Source of the DNA: Methanomethylovorans hollandica DSM 15978
Lineage (GTDB): Archaea; Halobacteriota; Methanosarcinia; Methanosarcinales; Methanosarcinaceae
Direction of reading: 5' to 3'
Assembly: GCF_000328665.1 (NCBI RefSeq)
Contig: NC_019977.1
Location: 1,790,011 to 1,854,010 of the forward strand
DNA: 64,000 nucleotides
Position 1 is the first letter of the stretch; each line of letters opens with the position of its first letter. A program made the translations under genes and the position numbers. The notes beneath the pieces are model-generated. The model made no database searches. It worked only from the letters and a program-made list of their open reading frames with translations, and had not been told where the DNA came from. Shown here piece after piece: positions 21,767 through 30,778 of the stretch.

Positions 21767-23848
21767 ATGGAATACCAAGAAAAAAAGGATCGATCACAAA
21801 AAAATATTTTTAAACTTTCAGGAGTCTTGTTCCTTTTAATAATCTTAAGTGTCGGCATTGTAGCTGCAGACAGAATTGAAGATGTAAAATCTGACAAATC
21901 TGCCCCTATCTATAACTCTTTTACTATCTATAGCACAGGAATTGCAACTTCTGATCTGAATGCCAGTCTGACCCCGACAGACTTGGTGAACAGTTTACTT
22001 GGAGGAGGAGTTTCTGTTTCAAATGTTACATTTACTGGAAATAATAGAGCATCAGGACTATTCAGTGGTGGTAATGGTATCATAGGTTTTGATAGTGGTG
22101 TTATCCTGGGTACCGGGGATATAAATAACGTTATAGGTCCTAACAAATATAATAGTACAGGAACTAATTATAGTTTGCCTGGTGATGATGTGCTGGATGG
22201 CCTGATTCCCAGCTATAACACTTATGATGCAGCAATACTGGAATTTGACTTTGTACCAAATACCAGCCAAATGACCTTCAACTATGTTTTTGGTTCAGAA
22301 GAATACAATGAATATGCAAATACGGAATACAATGATGTCTTTGGTTTCTTTGTCAATGGGAATACCACAGATTTTAACATCGCACTACTTCCAGGCATAA
22401 CTCCACCAACACCGGTTTCCATTAACAGTGTAAATGGTGGATATCCATTGGGAACCGATCCCAAGAACCCTGAATTCTATATTAATAATGTTCTTCCAAA
22501 CGCTACAATTAACACCGAACTTGATGGCTTGACGGTTGTTCTTACTGCTATAGCTAATGTAAAGCCCGGAGAACTAAATCACATCAAATTAGCAATTGGA
22601 GACGCTGGTGATCCATATCTCGACTCTTACGTTTTCATTCAGGCAGGAAGTGTAATGTCCCTTAAACTCAGTCTGACACCTTTAAATACTACAAATGAGG
22701 TGGGTACAAGTCATACTTTGACATCCAGACTGGTAAATACTAATAACGAGCCGATATCTGGAAAGACAATTACTTTTACGGTATCTGGTCCAAATGCCCA
22801 GAATGGAACGGCAGTAACGGATAGCAATGGTAATGCTACATGGAGCTACATTGGATCAAACGCAGGTACAGATACTATCGTTGCTATCAATGACGAGGAA
22901 ACTTCAAATCCGATCTCAACGGCTTGGGTACAAGTTGATCATGAAGTATCCATAGACATCGAGAAGTATGTATGGAATGGCACTGACTGGGAAGATACTG
23001 ACTCAGCACCAGGTCCGTCTTTGTCCTTTGATCCGGTAAAGTTCAAAATAGTGGTTAACAACAATGGAAATGTTACGTTGACAGGAGTCAATGTTACAGA
23101 TGACAAGTATGGTCCGGTACTTCTCAACAACACTACTCTGGATCCAAATGCTTCCACTGCAGCTGAATATAATGTGTCCATATCTCCTGGTCAGCAGATA
23201 AATAACGCTACTGCTTCCGGATATTATAACGGTACGGAATATACAGATCAGGATAGTGCATACTACGTTGGCACTAATGCGAATGTTCACACTGCTATTA
23301 ATGACAATAACCTGCGCGAGTCATCCTCGTGTTCTGTGCTTGGCACTACAACCTATCTGGATGTTGGAAATAACGAATCCCGTGCCAGGGATGTGATGTT
23401 GTTTGACCTTAGCATGTATGATAAAAATGATACAATATCCAGGGCGACACTTTCACTCTTCTGGTATTACCCTGAATCCAAGACACGCACTTCTGATACT
23501 GTAGTTGAAGTGTACAGACCAGCGCAGTGGAACCCGGAGCATGTGACCTGGTATTATTATGACTATCACAGAGCGTGGCAACCGGTAGGTGGAGCATGGT
23601 TCGATGTTAATAACATTGCACAGGGCAACGTTCCGTATGCTTCAGTAACTTTCCCGGCAAGCACTGTGCCTGATAATCAATACCATGACTTTGATGTCAC
23701 ACAGCTTGTGCAGGAATACATAAGCGGTACTTATGAAAACACTGGTTTCTTCCTGAAAGCTAGTACAGAGAGTGGCAATTACATTGCATTCTATAGCTCT
23801 GAGTGGTCTAATCCGGATCAAAGACCTAAACTGACTGTGGAACTTTAA
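21767..23848 (+). CDS. secreted surface protein: choice-of-anchor-L-like, Big_1 Ig, Ig repeat and DNRLRE domains
   Basis: YVFGSEEY..NDVFGFFV and IKLAIGDAGDPYLDS; AVTDSNGNA; DNNLRESS...QRPKL. ATG 21767 follows GGTGGAG. Confidence 0.8.
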   Translation: MEYQEKKDRSQKNIFKLSGVLFLLIILSVGIVAADRIEDVKSDKSAPIYNSFTIYSTGIATSDLNASLTPTDLVNSLLGGGVSVSNVTFTGNNRASGLFSGGNGIIGFDSGVILGTGDINNVIGPNKYNSTGTNYSLPGDDVLDGLIPSYNTYDAAILEFDFVPNTSQMTFNYVFGSEEYNEYANTEYNDVFGFFVNGNTTDFNIALLPGITPPTPVSINSVNGGYPLGTDPKNPEFYINNVLPNATINTELDGLTVVLTAIANVKPGELNHIKLAIGDAGDPYLDSYVFIQAGSVMSLKLSLTPLNTTNEVGTSHTLTSRLVNTNNEPISGKTITFTVSGPNAQNGTAVTDSNGNATWSYIGSNAGTDTIVAINDEETSNPISTAWVQVDHEVSIDIEKYVWNGTDWEDTDSAPGPSLSFDPVKFKIVVNNNGNVTLTGVNVTDDKYGPVLLNNTTLDPNASTAAEYNVSISPGQQINNATASGYYNGTEYTDQDSAYYVGTNANVHTAINDNNLRESSSCSVLGTTTYLDVGNNESRARDVMLFDLSMYDKNDTISRATLSLFWYYPESKTRTSDTVVEVYRPAQWNPEHVTWYYYDYHRAWQPVGGAWFDVNNIAQGNVPYASVTFPASTVPDNQYHDFDVTQLVQEYISGTYENTGFFLKASTESGNYIAFYSSEWSNPDQRPKLTVEL

Positions 23849-23868
23849 ATAAGGCCAGTTACAATCGT

Positions 23869-23902
23869 TTGAGCGGAAATAATTTCGCTCAATTTCTTTT
23901 TT
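23869..23902 (+). terminator. hairpin plus T-tract
   Basis: TTGAGCG...CGCTCAA followed by TTTCTTTTTT. Confidence 0.6.
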
Positions 23903-23956
23903 ATCTCATCGATCGTGTGCTTTAATGGTACACATAGATATGAAGCATGTTAGGAC

Positions 23957-24000
23957 CCTGCACCCATCCCAGATGTTACTTATCCTGGACTTTGTGCGGG
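23957..24000. repeat. imperfect palindromic site, copy 1 (left island boundary)
   Basis: CCTGCACCCATCCCAGAT-GTTACTT-ATCCTGGACTTTGTGCGGG; first 18 bp identical to 30651-30668. Confidence 0.8.
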
Positions 24001-24463
24001 ACTACATCAGACTATATTCCAGGGCATCCCCATCTACAGCAACTACGACCTTAAATTTCCTCATACCCGCACCCGTACAGTGCAGGATATGGATAACATG
24101 CAGCAGGGAACTTTCGTCATGGACGAGGCCTGGTATACCTTCGATTCCCGTGCTTTCTCCTCCAAGACTAACATGCTCGGCTCCTACATCCTCTCCAAAC
24201 TTGCAAAACGCAACATGAACGCATACCTTAACATGCAGTCCATGGACCTCCTTGACTCCCGCTTCAGGTATAGGATGCAGGCTATCCTAATTCCTGAAAC
24301 CTACAGGCAGGACCAATCAGGCAAACCTCTTATCCTCGAAGTCCAGGCCATCACCAAGGATAAATGGGGCTTCTATAATTTCCTGCCCCAATCCTACTTC
24401 TTTGATGTCTCGCAGGTTCTTCACCTCTATGACACCACCGAAGAACTCGACCCTTTAACTTAA
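24001..24463 (+). pseudogene. 5'-truncated Zot-like (viral morphogenesis-type) P-loop ATPase
   Basis: Frame extended upstream gives GIPIYSNYDL...FVMDEAW..FDSR...MQSMDLLDSRFR...LYDT; no Walker A before the in-frame TAG at 23951. Confidence 0.6.
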
Positions 24464-24647
24464 TTTACCACTTCGCCCGCCCCACAATCATGGCAAGCGA
24501 CCCAGGCCGCCCGCCTGATGGCGGCGGTAGGTAAGTATACTGAACTGAAGAAATAAATTAGGAGAAACATTCATACTTGGTTTTTCTAAAGACAAAATAA
24601 GGTTGGCTACTAATAGTGTATTGGGAGTCTATTTAAATTAAACGGGA

Positions 24648-25304
24648 TTAGTCGAAATGCTCTATTACTCTCTTATCTTCAATATATGAAAAATATTTTG
24701 CTAAGGCTGCTAACGTAATTCCACATACTATTTTTCCATTTCTAATCATGTTTTTTGTATCTTCAATTGAATAGAAAGATACACCATTTATGTCTTCTGC
24801 TTTCTGCAATTCTGTTAGTTTCTTAGTCTCACTAATATTAATTTTTACTAACCTAACTCCAATAGGAGTAATAAAGAATGTAGTATTCTGGTATAAATCG
24901 CCGAGATCTATTGATTCAATCAGTTGATATTCTCCTATCTCTTCTTCAATCTCCCTTAATGAACATTTAACCCTATTTTCTTCATCAGAATCTGCAAAAC
25001 CACGAGGACAACTTATAAAGTACCTTTCTGGCATAAATCGATATTCTTTTAGTAAACCAATATTACCATCTTGATTAACTACAACGGAAACACAATTATG
25101 AGCTCTTTCTTCAATGCCAAAAGTGTCATACTCAAATGAATTATGTTCATTTAAAACGGCAAAATAATAAAGGGTAACACCTAAATTAGAATTTTGAAAA
25201 ACAATTCCATTACTAATATCCGATTTCCAACCAAAATGGATTGATTTTTTTTGATACAAAAAATCTTTTTTTGCAACAACATTTAGAAGAATCTTCTTTT
25301 TCAT
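24648..25304 (-). CDS. Nudix hydrolase (ADP-ribose pyrophosphatase-like)
   Basis: Nudix-box-like PRGFADSDEENRVKCSLREIEEEIG; LLKEYR upstream. Confidence 0.85.
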   Translation of the reverse strand: MKKKILLNVVAKKDFLYQKKSIHFGWKSDISNGIVFQNSNLGVTLYYFAVLNEHNSFEYDTFGIEERAHNCVSVVVNQDGNIGLLKEYRFMPERYFISCPRGFADSDEENRVKCSLREIEEEIGEYQLIESIDLGDLYQNTTFFITPIGVRLVKINISETKKLTELQKAEDINGVSFYSIEDTKNMIRNGKIVCGITLAALAKYFSYIEDKRVIEHFD

Positions 25305-25324
25305 GTTTTCACGTAGCTATTTTA

Positions 25325-25771
25325 TCACTTATCAAGTAATTTCTGGTACTTTTTTACAACATCTGTTAAAAGATTGATCAGAACACCTATAAGTACAGTT
25401 CCTGAATGTTGAATAATTAGATCAACTGCTTGTTCTACTGGATGAATTGATAGCTGTAGAATATGTGAGTTACTACTTGTAATAAACATAAAGCATATCA
25501 TAAAGATAATAAATTTCTCATCTACCTCATTTCCAGAACCAAGCATGGATTTATTATATGTATTTAAGACATCATCCACTATATCAATAAATTCTTCATG
25601 AGATTTTTGTTCCTTCAACTTATTATATATATGTTCATCTGTAAGAAGTACAAATTTTCCAGCTTTTTTTAAATATGATATTTCTTCATGGTTCAACTTT
25701 TTTGAGTTGTACTTTCCAATTAAGTCAACAATGTTTTTTTCAATACTTCCTAAATTTTCATTTGAATTCAT
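25325..25771 (-). CDS. hypothetical protein with two C-terminal hydrophobic segments
   Basis: 148 aa; FIIFMICFMFI and GTVLIGVLINLL; AGAGG upstream; 10 bp from the CHAT gene. Confidence 0.75.
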   Translation of the reverse strand: MNSNENLGSIEKNIVDLIGKYNSKKLNHEEISYLKKAGKFVLLTDEHIYNKLKEQKSHEEFIDIVDDVLNTYNKSMLGSGNEVDEKFIIFMICFMFITSSNSHILQLSIHPVEQAVDLIIQHSGTVLIGVLINLLTDVVKKYQKLLDK

Positions 25772-25781
25772 ATTTTTTCCT

Positions 25782-28391
25782 CTATTCTACTGCTTGTAAG
25801 TTAGTATATTGAACAAAAGGAATAAGAAATGGTTTATAAAAAACACGTGAATTTTGTACAAGATAAGATAAATCCCAAAGATATGTATTCTCCGCAGACC
25901 AATTTTCTTTAAGAACACCTATAAAATTATCATGCACTTTTGGATGTATTTTCCAGAGAGGAGCAATTATTGACTGCACATTTCTTGATAACAAGGATGT
26001 AACAAGACCTACAACTTCATTTTCATCTGTATATTTACATGATCCTCCACTGCAGGCACCTATAAATACATTTTTAACACTTTCAAAGTTAGAAGGAGAC
26101 ATCAGAAAATCGTAGGGTGTAATGAATGAATTATAAAGCATAATATTAGAAGCATAAGATGTAACTATATTATTGTTAAAATAACAATGCGTTGAAAAAC
26201 AAATATAATTATATCTATTGCTATTTAAAGATTCCATGTATCTTTCGATTGTTGCGTTTTTACATGTTAGCAAAGTATCTGTAGAACTTAACGAAGGTAT
26301 TTCTAGTTCTTCTTTTTCATTACATAAATTATTGTACTCATTATATGGTGATGAAATCCATAGATATTTAATAGGAACCTCATCTTTTAAAATAAGATTG
26401 TTTTCTTTTAAAATATAACGTATTGAAGGCGAATAAAACACATTAAAGTTCTCTCTTAAATCTTCGCCATCTTTATTTATTAAATGAAGAGGAAATTGAA
26501 ATAGTTCACCGTCGGGAATTATAAATATATTTTTTATGTGTTCTGTATCAACAGTATCACGCAACTTAATCGCATCATTCAATTTGGCCATGACTTTATA
26601 TAAATCAGAATTTCCTGCACCCATACTTTCTTTTAATTCGGTGTCTTGAATTGTAGCTTTAATCTGATTTATAAGATCGATATGTGATTCTTTTTCCAAT
26701 TTTACTACTTTTTTTATTTTATCTCTTGTTATAAAGAAAATCCATATTGTGTTATCTTTTGATTTTTCATTATCTACAACCATGAATTTAATTACTAAAG
26801 TTTCTTTATTTTTTGGTATTTTGCCTAATCGCATTATTAACTCGCTTACCAAATTAGATTCAATTTGCACACAACTATTAATATTTTCGATTGGAGATTT
26901 GAGCATGTCTTCATAAGCTAACAACAGATCTAAATAGTCAACATTGATATCATTTGATAACATAATTGAAGTTGAGAGACTTTTTTGAGTATCGATTTCT
27001 GATTTCTGTTTATTATTGCGACCTTCTTCTTCAATCTTTTTACAAACGTTCAACTTACGTAACTCAACATTTTCTTTTTGTTTGTCAGTGGGATGAAACT
27101 CGCCAGACTGTATTAATTCTGCTAACTCCAAAGTACTACGGCAATTGTATTTCTCAGTGAATTCAATAGCTTCATCGTATTTTCCATTATCCAATAAATT
27201 TCGAGTCTTGCAAGCAATATCATCTCTTATGATTCGTATTACTTGCCTTTTATATAACAACGCTGAAAAAACATTTTGAAGTTTTTCTGCAATACAGAGC
27301 TTTGCATCTGCAATCGTTAAAAAAGTTAAAGGATTATCTGTGCTATCTCTTAATTCAACATTTGGATTATTTCTTAGAAACACCTTTATTGAATCATAAT
27401 TATATAACAAGCCCATTTTGTCTTCGGAATTTATATCTAAATTTAAATTATTCTTGATTATTGTTGTTACTTCCTCTTGGTTAGTGGCCCTCTTTATCTT
27501 TTCTTGATAAATTATAGACTTCCCACGTTTCCATTTACCATTCAGGACTTCTCTTTCATATCTATTTATAAGCTCTTCGTCAACAGTTTCACGATATTTG
27601 CTTTTAAGTATTTCAAAAACCACTAATAAAGCTCTTTTTGATTGTAATTGTCTGTAAATGTCGTTATATTCTTCTCCATACTCCAAAGATTTTTCATTAG
27701 CTTTTTTTGCATCATTAATTCCATCTGGATAACATTCTGGTAATAACTCTCCCTTTTTAAAAATAGAAATATATGTTTCAGCTAAATTATGATACAAACT
27801 TGCCATCCCATGACCATAAAATATTTTTTTCTTGTTGAAAATTGCATTCTCTGCCTTACAGTAATCAATTGCGTCTTTATATGTTTTTATAAATGAATTT
27901 ATTTTAATTTTACATTCGTCTTTACGCTCCTCAGGTATTTTATCTGGGAGCACTTGATAATAAAGCTCAAATTCAGTTCTTATAATATTACTTTTAGTAT
28001 CCGGTAAGAAAACTTTTATGTCGTTGAATTTTTCAGCCAGATCATGAGCTTTTTTGAAAAGAACTAAAGCAGAAGGGTAATTACCACATCTGTAATTAAT
28101 CAATCCACAAGAATTAATATATCTAATTGATTCATATGGATTATCTGTAATTACAAGACTTTTAAAAGTATCATCTGCAATTGAAATTAAATTAAGACCT
28201 GTTTCAAGATCCATTTCACGGTCACAAATTATAATTCTTCTACAAGAACACGCAATCAAATCCCAATCTGAACTACATCTAATAAATTCATCAAATTTTG
28301 TTTTCAAATGATCGTCAAATTCAAGGTTTGGTTCATTGTATAAGTCAAACCTATCTATTAACTTTTGAACATCATCTGAAATTTGGAGCAT
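25782..28391 (-). CDS. TPR-repeat CHAT (caspase-like) protease
   Basis: TPR-like GLINYRCGNYPSALVLFKKA and ASLYHNLAETY; CHAT motifs IIPDGEL.QFPLH, YSPS, FSTH, IGACS and IIAPLWKI. Confidence 0.85.
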   Translation of the reverse strand: MLQISDDVQKLIDRFDLYNEPNLEFDDHLKTKFDEFIRCSSDWDLIACSCRRIIICDREMDLETGLNLISIADDTFKSLVITDNPYESIRYINSCGLINYRCGNYPSALVLFKKAHDLAEKFNDIKVFLPDTKSNIIRTEFELYYQVLPDKIPEERKDECKIKINSFIKTYKDAIDYCKAENAIFNKKKIFYGHGMASLYHNLAETYISIFKKGELLPECYPDGINDAKKANEKSLEYGEEYNDIYRQLQSKRALLVVFEILKSKYRETVDEELINRYEREVLNGKWKRGKSIIYQEKIKRATNQEEVTTIIKNNLNLDINSEDKMGLLYNYDSIKVFLRNNPNVELRDSTDNPLTFLTIADAKLCIAEKLQNVFSALLYKRQVIRIIRDDIACKTRNLLDNGKYDEAIEFTEKYNCRSTLELAELIQSGEFHPTDKQKENVELRKLNVCKKIEEEGRNNKQKSEIDTQKSLSTSIMLSNDINVDYLDLLLAYEDMLKSPIENINSCVQIESNLVSELIMRLGKIPKNKETLVIKFMVVDNEKSKDNTIWIFFITRDKIKKVVKLEKESHIDLINQIKATIQDTELKESMGAGNSDLYKVMAKLNDAIKLRDTVDTEHIKNIFIIPDGELFQFPLHLINKDGEDLRENFNVFYSPSIRYILKENNLILKDEVPIKYLWISSPYNEYNNLCNEKEELEIPSLSSTDTLLTCKNATIERYMESLNSNRYNYICFSTHCYFNNNIVTSYASNIMLYNSFITPYDFLMSPSNFESVKNVFIGACSGGSCKYTDENEVVGLVTSLLSRNVQSIIAPLWKIHPKVHDNFIGVLKENWSAENTYLWDLSYLVQNSRVFYKPFLIPFVQYTNLQAVE

Positions 28392-28627
28392 AAATAGTTA
28401 TAGAGATAGATACTATTTAAATTAGGTCAGAGATAAAAACAATATTTTAATAAGTTTTGTATATAATATCAATGTTTATTCCACAAATTGGAACAATGAA
28501 ATAATCCGTATTTAAACGAGGACGTCAGCGCATCTAAAATTCTTTAAATGCAAAATTAAAGGGAATTCACATCAAAACATGGACAGTGCCAAGATAGCAT
28601 CAATCAAAAAGTGGAGTTAAAGATATT

Positions 28628-29998
28628 ATGAAAAATTTACAAAAACCGAAATATTTCAATAAGATGTCTGTATTGTTCCTTTTGTTATTTTTATTAGTTA
28701 ATCTTGTATCTGCAGAAGTGCTTGAAATGCCAGTAAAAGGCATGAAAATGGAATACACCAGTTGCCCAATTACAGAACAGTACAAATATTCCACAGTATG
28801 GACTGGGAATTATGACAGCGGATGTGAAGGAACCGGCACACATGTAGGAGTTGACATTCCCTTACCAGAAGGTACAGATATTTATGCTATTGCAAATGGA
28901 GTTGTATGGAAGATAGGGCGTTATGGTGTAAAAGGTACTAAGGATTTTGGGGCTCATGTTGTACTTAAACATGATATTGAGGGTATTGGAGTATTCTATT
29001 CAGTTTATGGACATTTAAAAAATGATACCATTCCAAAAGAAATAGTTGAAAATAAAACTGTGTTAAAAGGAACTATAATTGGGAAATCAGGAAACACAGG
29101 TTATGTATTAGGTCCCACTGGTTTGCATTTACATTTTCAAATTGAAAAAGATATAGCTGGACAACATCCTTATCTAGTCTTACCAGATATCAAAACAGTT
29201 AAAGAAAAAACATATAACCCAATTGTTTTTATCAACACATACAAAAATTATGATGAAAAAATAAAACCAGGTACCGTACTTGAAGGGACTTTCAATCAAT
29301 ACAGACATGGTTCGTACCCGATGATAATGGAGGTTACAGATGTAAACGGAAATGAATTCAGTGGACTACTTCATTGGCCAACACTTAAAGATAGTAAAAC
29401 AAAGTTTAGGGGAACGATTGATTTTGAGCAAAATAAAGTTTGGTTCACAGAATACGAATTAATACAAGGATCAAATATAGTTCTTGATGGTAATTATTAT
29501 GCAGAACTAACTGGTAGCACTCTCAGTGGATATTGGATTTGGCCAAGCGGTAAAGAAGATGGCAGTAATTTTTTGATAAAAAAAGTCAATGATGTAAACA
29601 AACTTCTCACACTTGCTGCAATTGGTGATAAAATCGTCAATGAGAATTCGCTACTCACATTCGTTATTTCAGCAACTAATCAAGATGGTGACACTGAAAC
29701 TTACTCTGCCATAGGTATGCCACTTGGAGCTACTCTGGATACAACTACAGGCGAATTTAGCTGGACGCCAGGTACCGATACTGTAGGAACATATGATGTA
29801 ACATTCTCCGTAACTACCAATGGTTTAACTGACTCCGAAACTATTACTATTACAGTGAAAGAGGAATATTACGATGACGAATCTCCTAAAGAATCTACAG
29901 AATCTACCTTTAAAGAGCCTTCGAAGGCTCCGGGATTCGTCTTATCCCTAGCTGTTGGAATGTTTTTATTAGCACAAAAATATAGAGGAAGGATGTGA
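28628..29998 (+). CDS. secreted M23 metallopeptidase with a putative Ig domain and PGF-CTERM anchor
   Basis: Signal peptide; HVGVD, YGHL and GLHLHF; ATLDTTTGEFSWTP; C-terminal APGF + hydrophobic stretch + KYRGR. Confidence 0.85.
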   Translation: MKNLQKPKYFNKMSVLFLLLFLLVNLVSAEVLEMPVKGMKMEYTSCPITEQYKYSTVWTGNYDSGCEGTGTHVGVDIPLPEGTDIYAIANGVVWKIGRYGVKGTKDFGAHVVLKHDIEGIGVFYSVYGHLKNDTIPKEIVENKTVLKGTIIGKSGNTGYVLGPTGLHLHFQIEKDIAGQHPYLVLPDIKTVKEKTYNPIVFINTYKNYDEKIKPGTVLEGTFNQYRHGSYPMIMEVTDVNGNEFSGLLHWPTLKDSKTKFRGTIDFEQNKVWFTEYELIQGSNIVLDGNYYAELTGSTLSGYWIWPSGKEDGSNFLIKKVNDVNKLLTLAAIGDKIVNENSLLTFVISATNQDGDTETYSAIGMPLGATLDTTTGEFSWTPGTDTVGTYDVTFSVTTNGLTDSETITITVKEEYYDDESPKESTESTFKEPSKAPGFVLSLAVGMFLLAQKYRGRM

Positions 29999-30044
29999 TC
30001 CTCTTCCTTTTCCATCAAATGAAGGGGAAAACTATGTCTGTGGT

Positions 30045-30440
30045 ATGGTTGCCTTCGTGGGACGCCAGGTCAGGCTTGAAGTGGAAGGTGATGAGTTCTT
30101 CATGGATCTGCTTTTCTACCATACCCGCCTGAAATGCTACATTGTGGTCGAGCTCAAGGCCGGAGCCTTCAAACCCGAACACATAGGACAGCTCAACTTC
30201 TACCTTTCTGCAGTGGATGCACAGATCAAAACACCTGAAGACCGACCCACCATCGGACTTCTGCTCTGTAAGACAAAGAAACGTCTCATCGCAGAATATG
30301 CTCTCTCCGGTATGGATAAACCCATGGGAGTGGCAGAATACCAGCTTGTCCACGCCCTCCCCGAGCCTCTGGACACCTGCCTCCCCACTATCGAGGAGCT
30401 GGAAGCCAGTTTACCCGAAGAACTGGAAAATGAGGAATAA
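30045..30440 (+). pseudogene. 5'-truncated DUF1016/YhcG PD-(D/E)XK nuclease-like protein
   Basis: AFVGRQ..DLLFYH..VVELK..GQLNFY..IGLLLCK; only the C-terminal part of the family is present. Confidence 0.8.
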
Positions 30441-30486
30441 TGATCGAGAACAGAAATATTAAAAAATAACTAGTGAGGGGGGGCCC

Positions 30487-30656
30487 TCACACACTCTCCC
30501 TCAATATCTTCGCGATCCTGGCTCCTTCTCTACAAGCTCCATCAAGGCCATGGCAATATCAGACCGCTTCTTTTCCAGATCCACAGCAACATCAACCCTC
30601 AAGGCCATACCACAGCGGGAACAAAAAGTCGAGTTCGGCCCGTTCAGCTGCCTGCA
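30487..30656 (-). pseudogene. C-terminal Zn-ribbon remnant of an archaeal tyrosine integrase
   Basis: Manual translation CRQLNGPNSTFCSRCGMALRVDVAVDLEKKRSDIAMALMELVEKEP, then an apparent frameshift into IAKILRESV*; co-oriented just downstream of the tRNA. Confidence 0.55.
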
Positions 30657-30692
30657 CCCATCCCAGATATTCCTTTATCTTGGGCGAGCAGG
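30651..30692. repeat. imperfect palindromic site, copy 2 (right island boundary)
   Basis: CCTGCACCCATCCCAGATA-TTCCTT-TATCTTGGGCGAGCAGG. Confidence 0.8.
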
Positions 30693-30778
30693 AAATTCTC
30701 ATATCTTTCTAGTGATCTCTAGTGGTTATAGGGTGAAAGTAAAATCTGTAATTAGGGAGTTGGAATGAAAAATCAAGA

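Larger units (their letters stand above)
23957..30692. mobile_element. decayed tRNA-associated genomic island / provirus remnant
   Basis: Lies at the 3' side of tRNA-Thr; flanked by direct-repeat sites; three truncated mobile-type genes; AT-rich cargo. Confidence 0.7.

Noticed and set aside
23925..24218. 97-aa ORF at the island's left edge
   Set aside because: Crosses the palindromic site and overlaps the better supported Zot-like frame
25771..25784. Pyrrolysine read-through of the CHAT TAG stop fusing it to the next gene
   Set aside because: The next gene is out of frame, and read-through hits TGA within 8 codons
30473..30768. Plus-strand ORFs of 79 and 72 aa
   Set aside because: Antisense to the integrase remnant; no motifs
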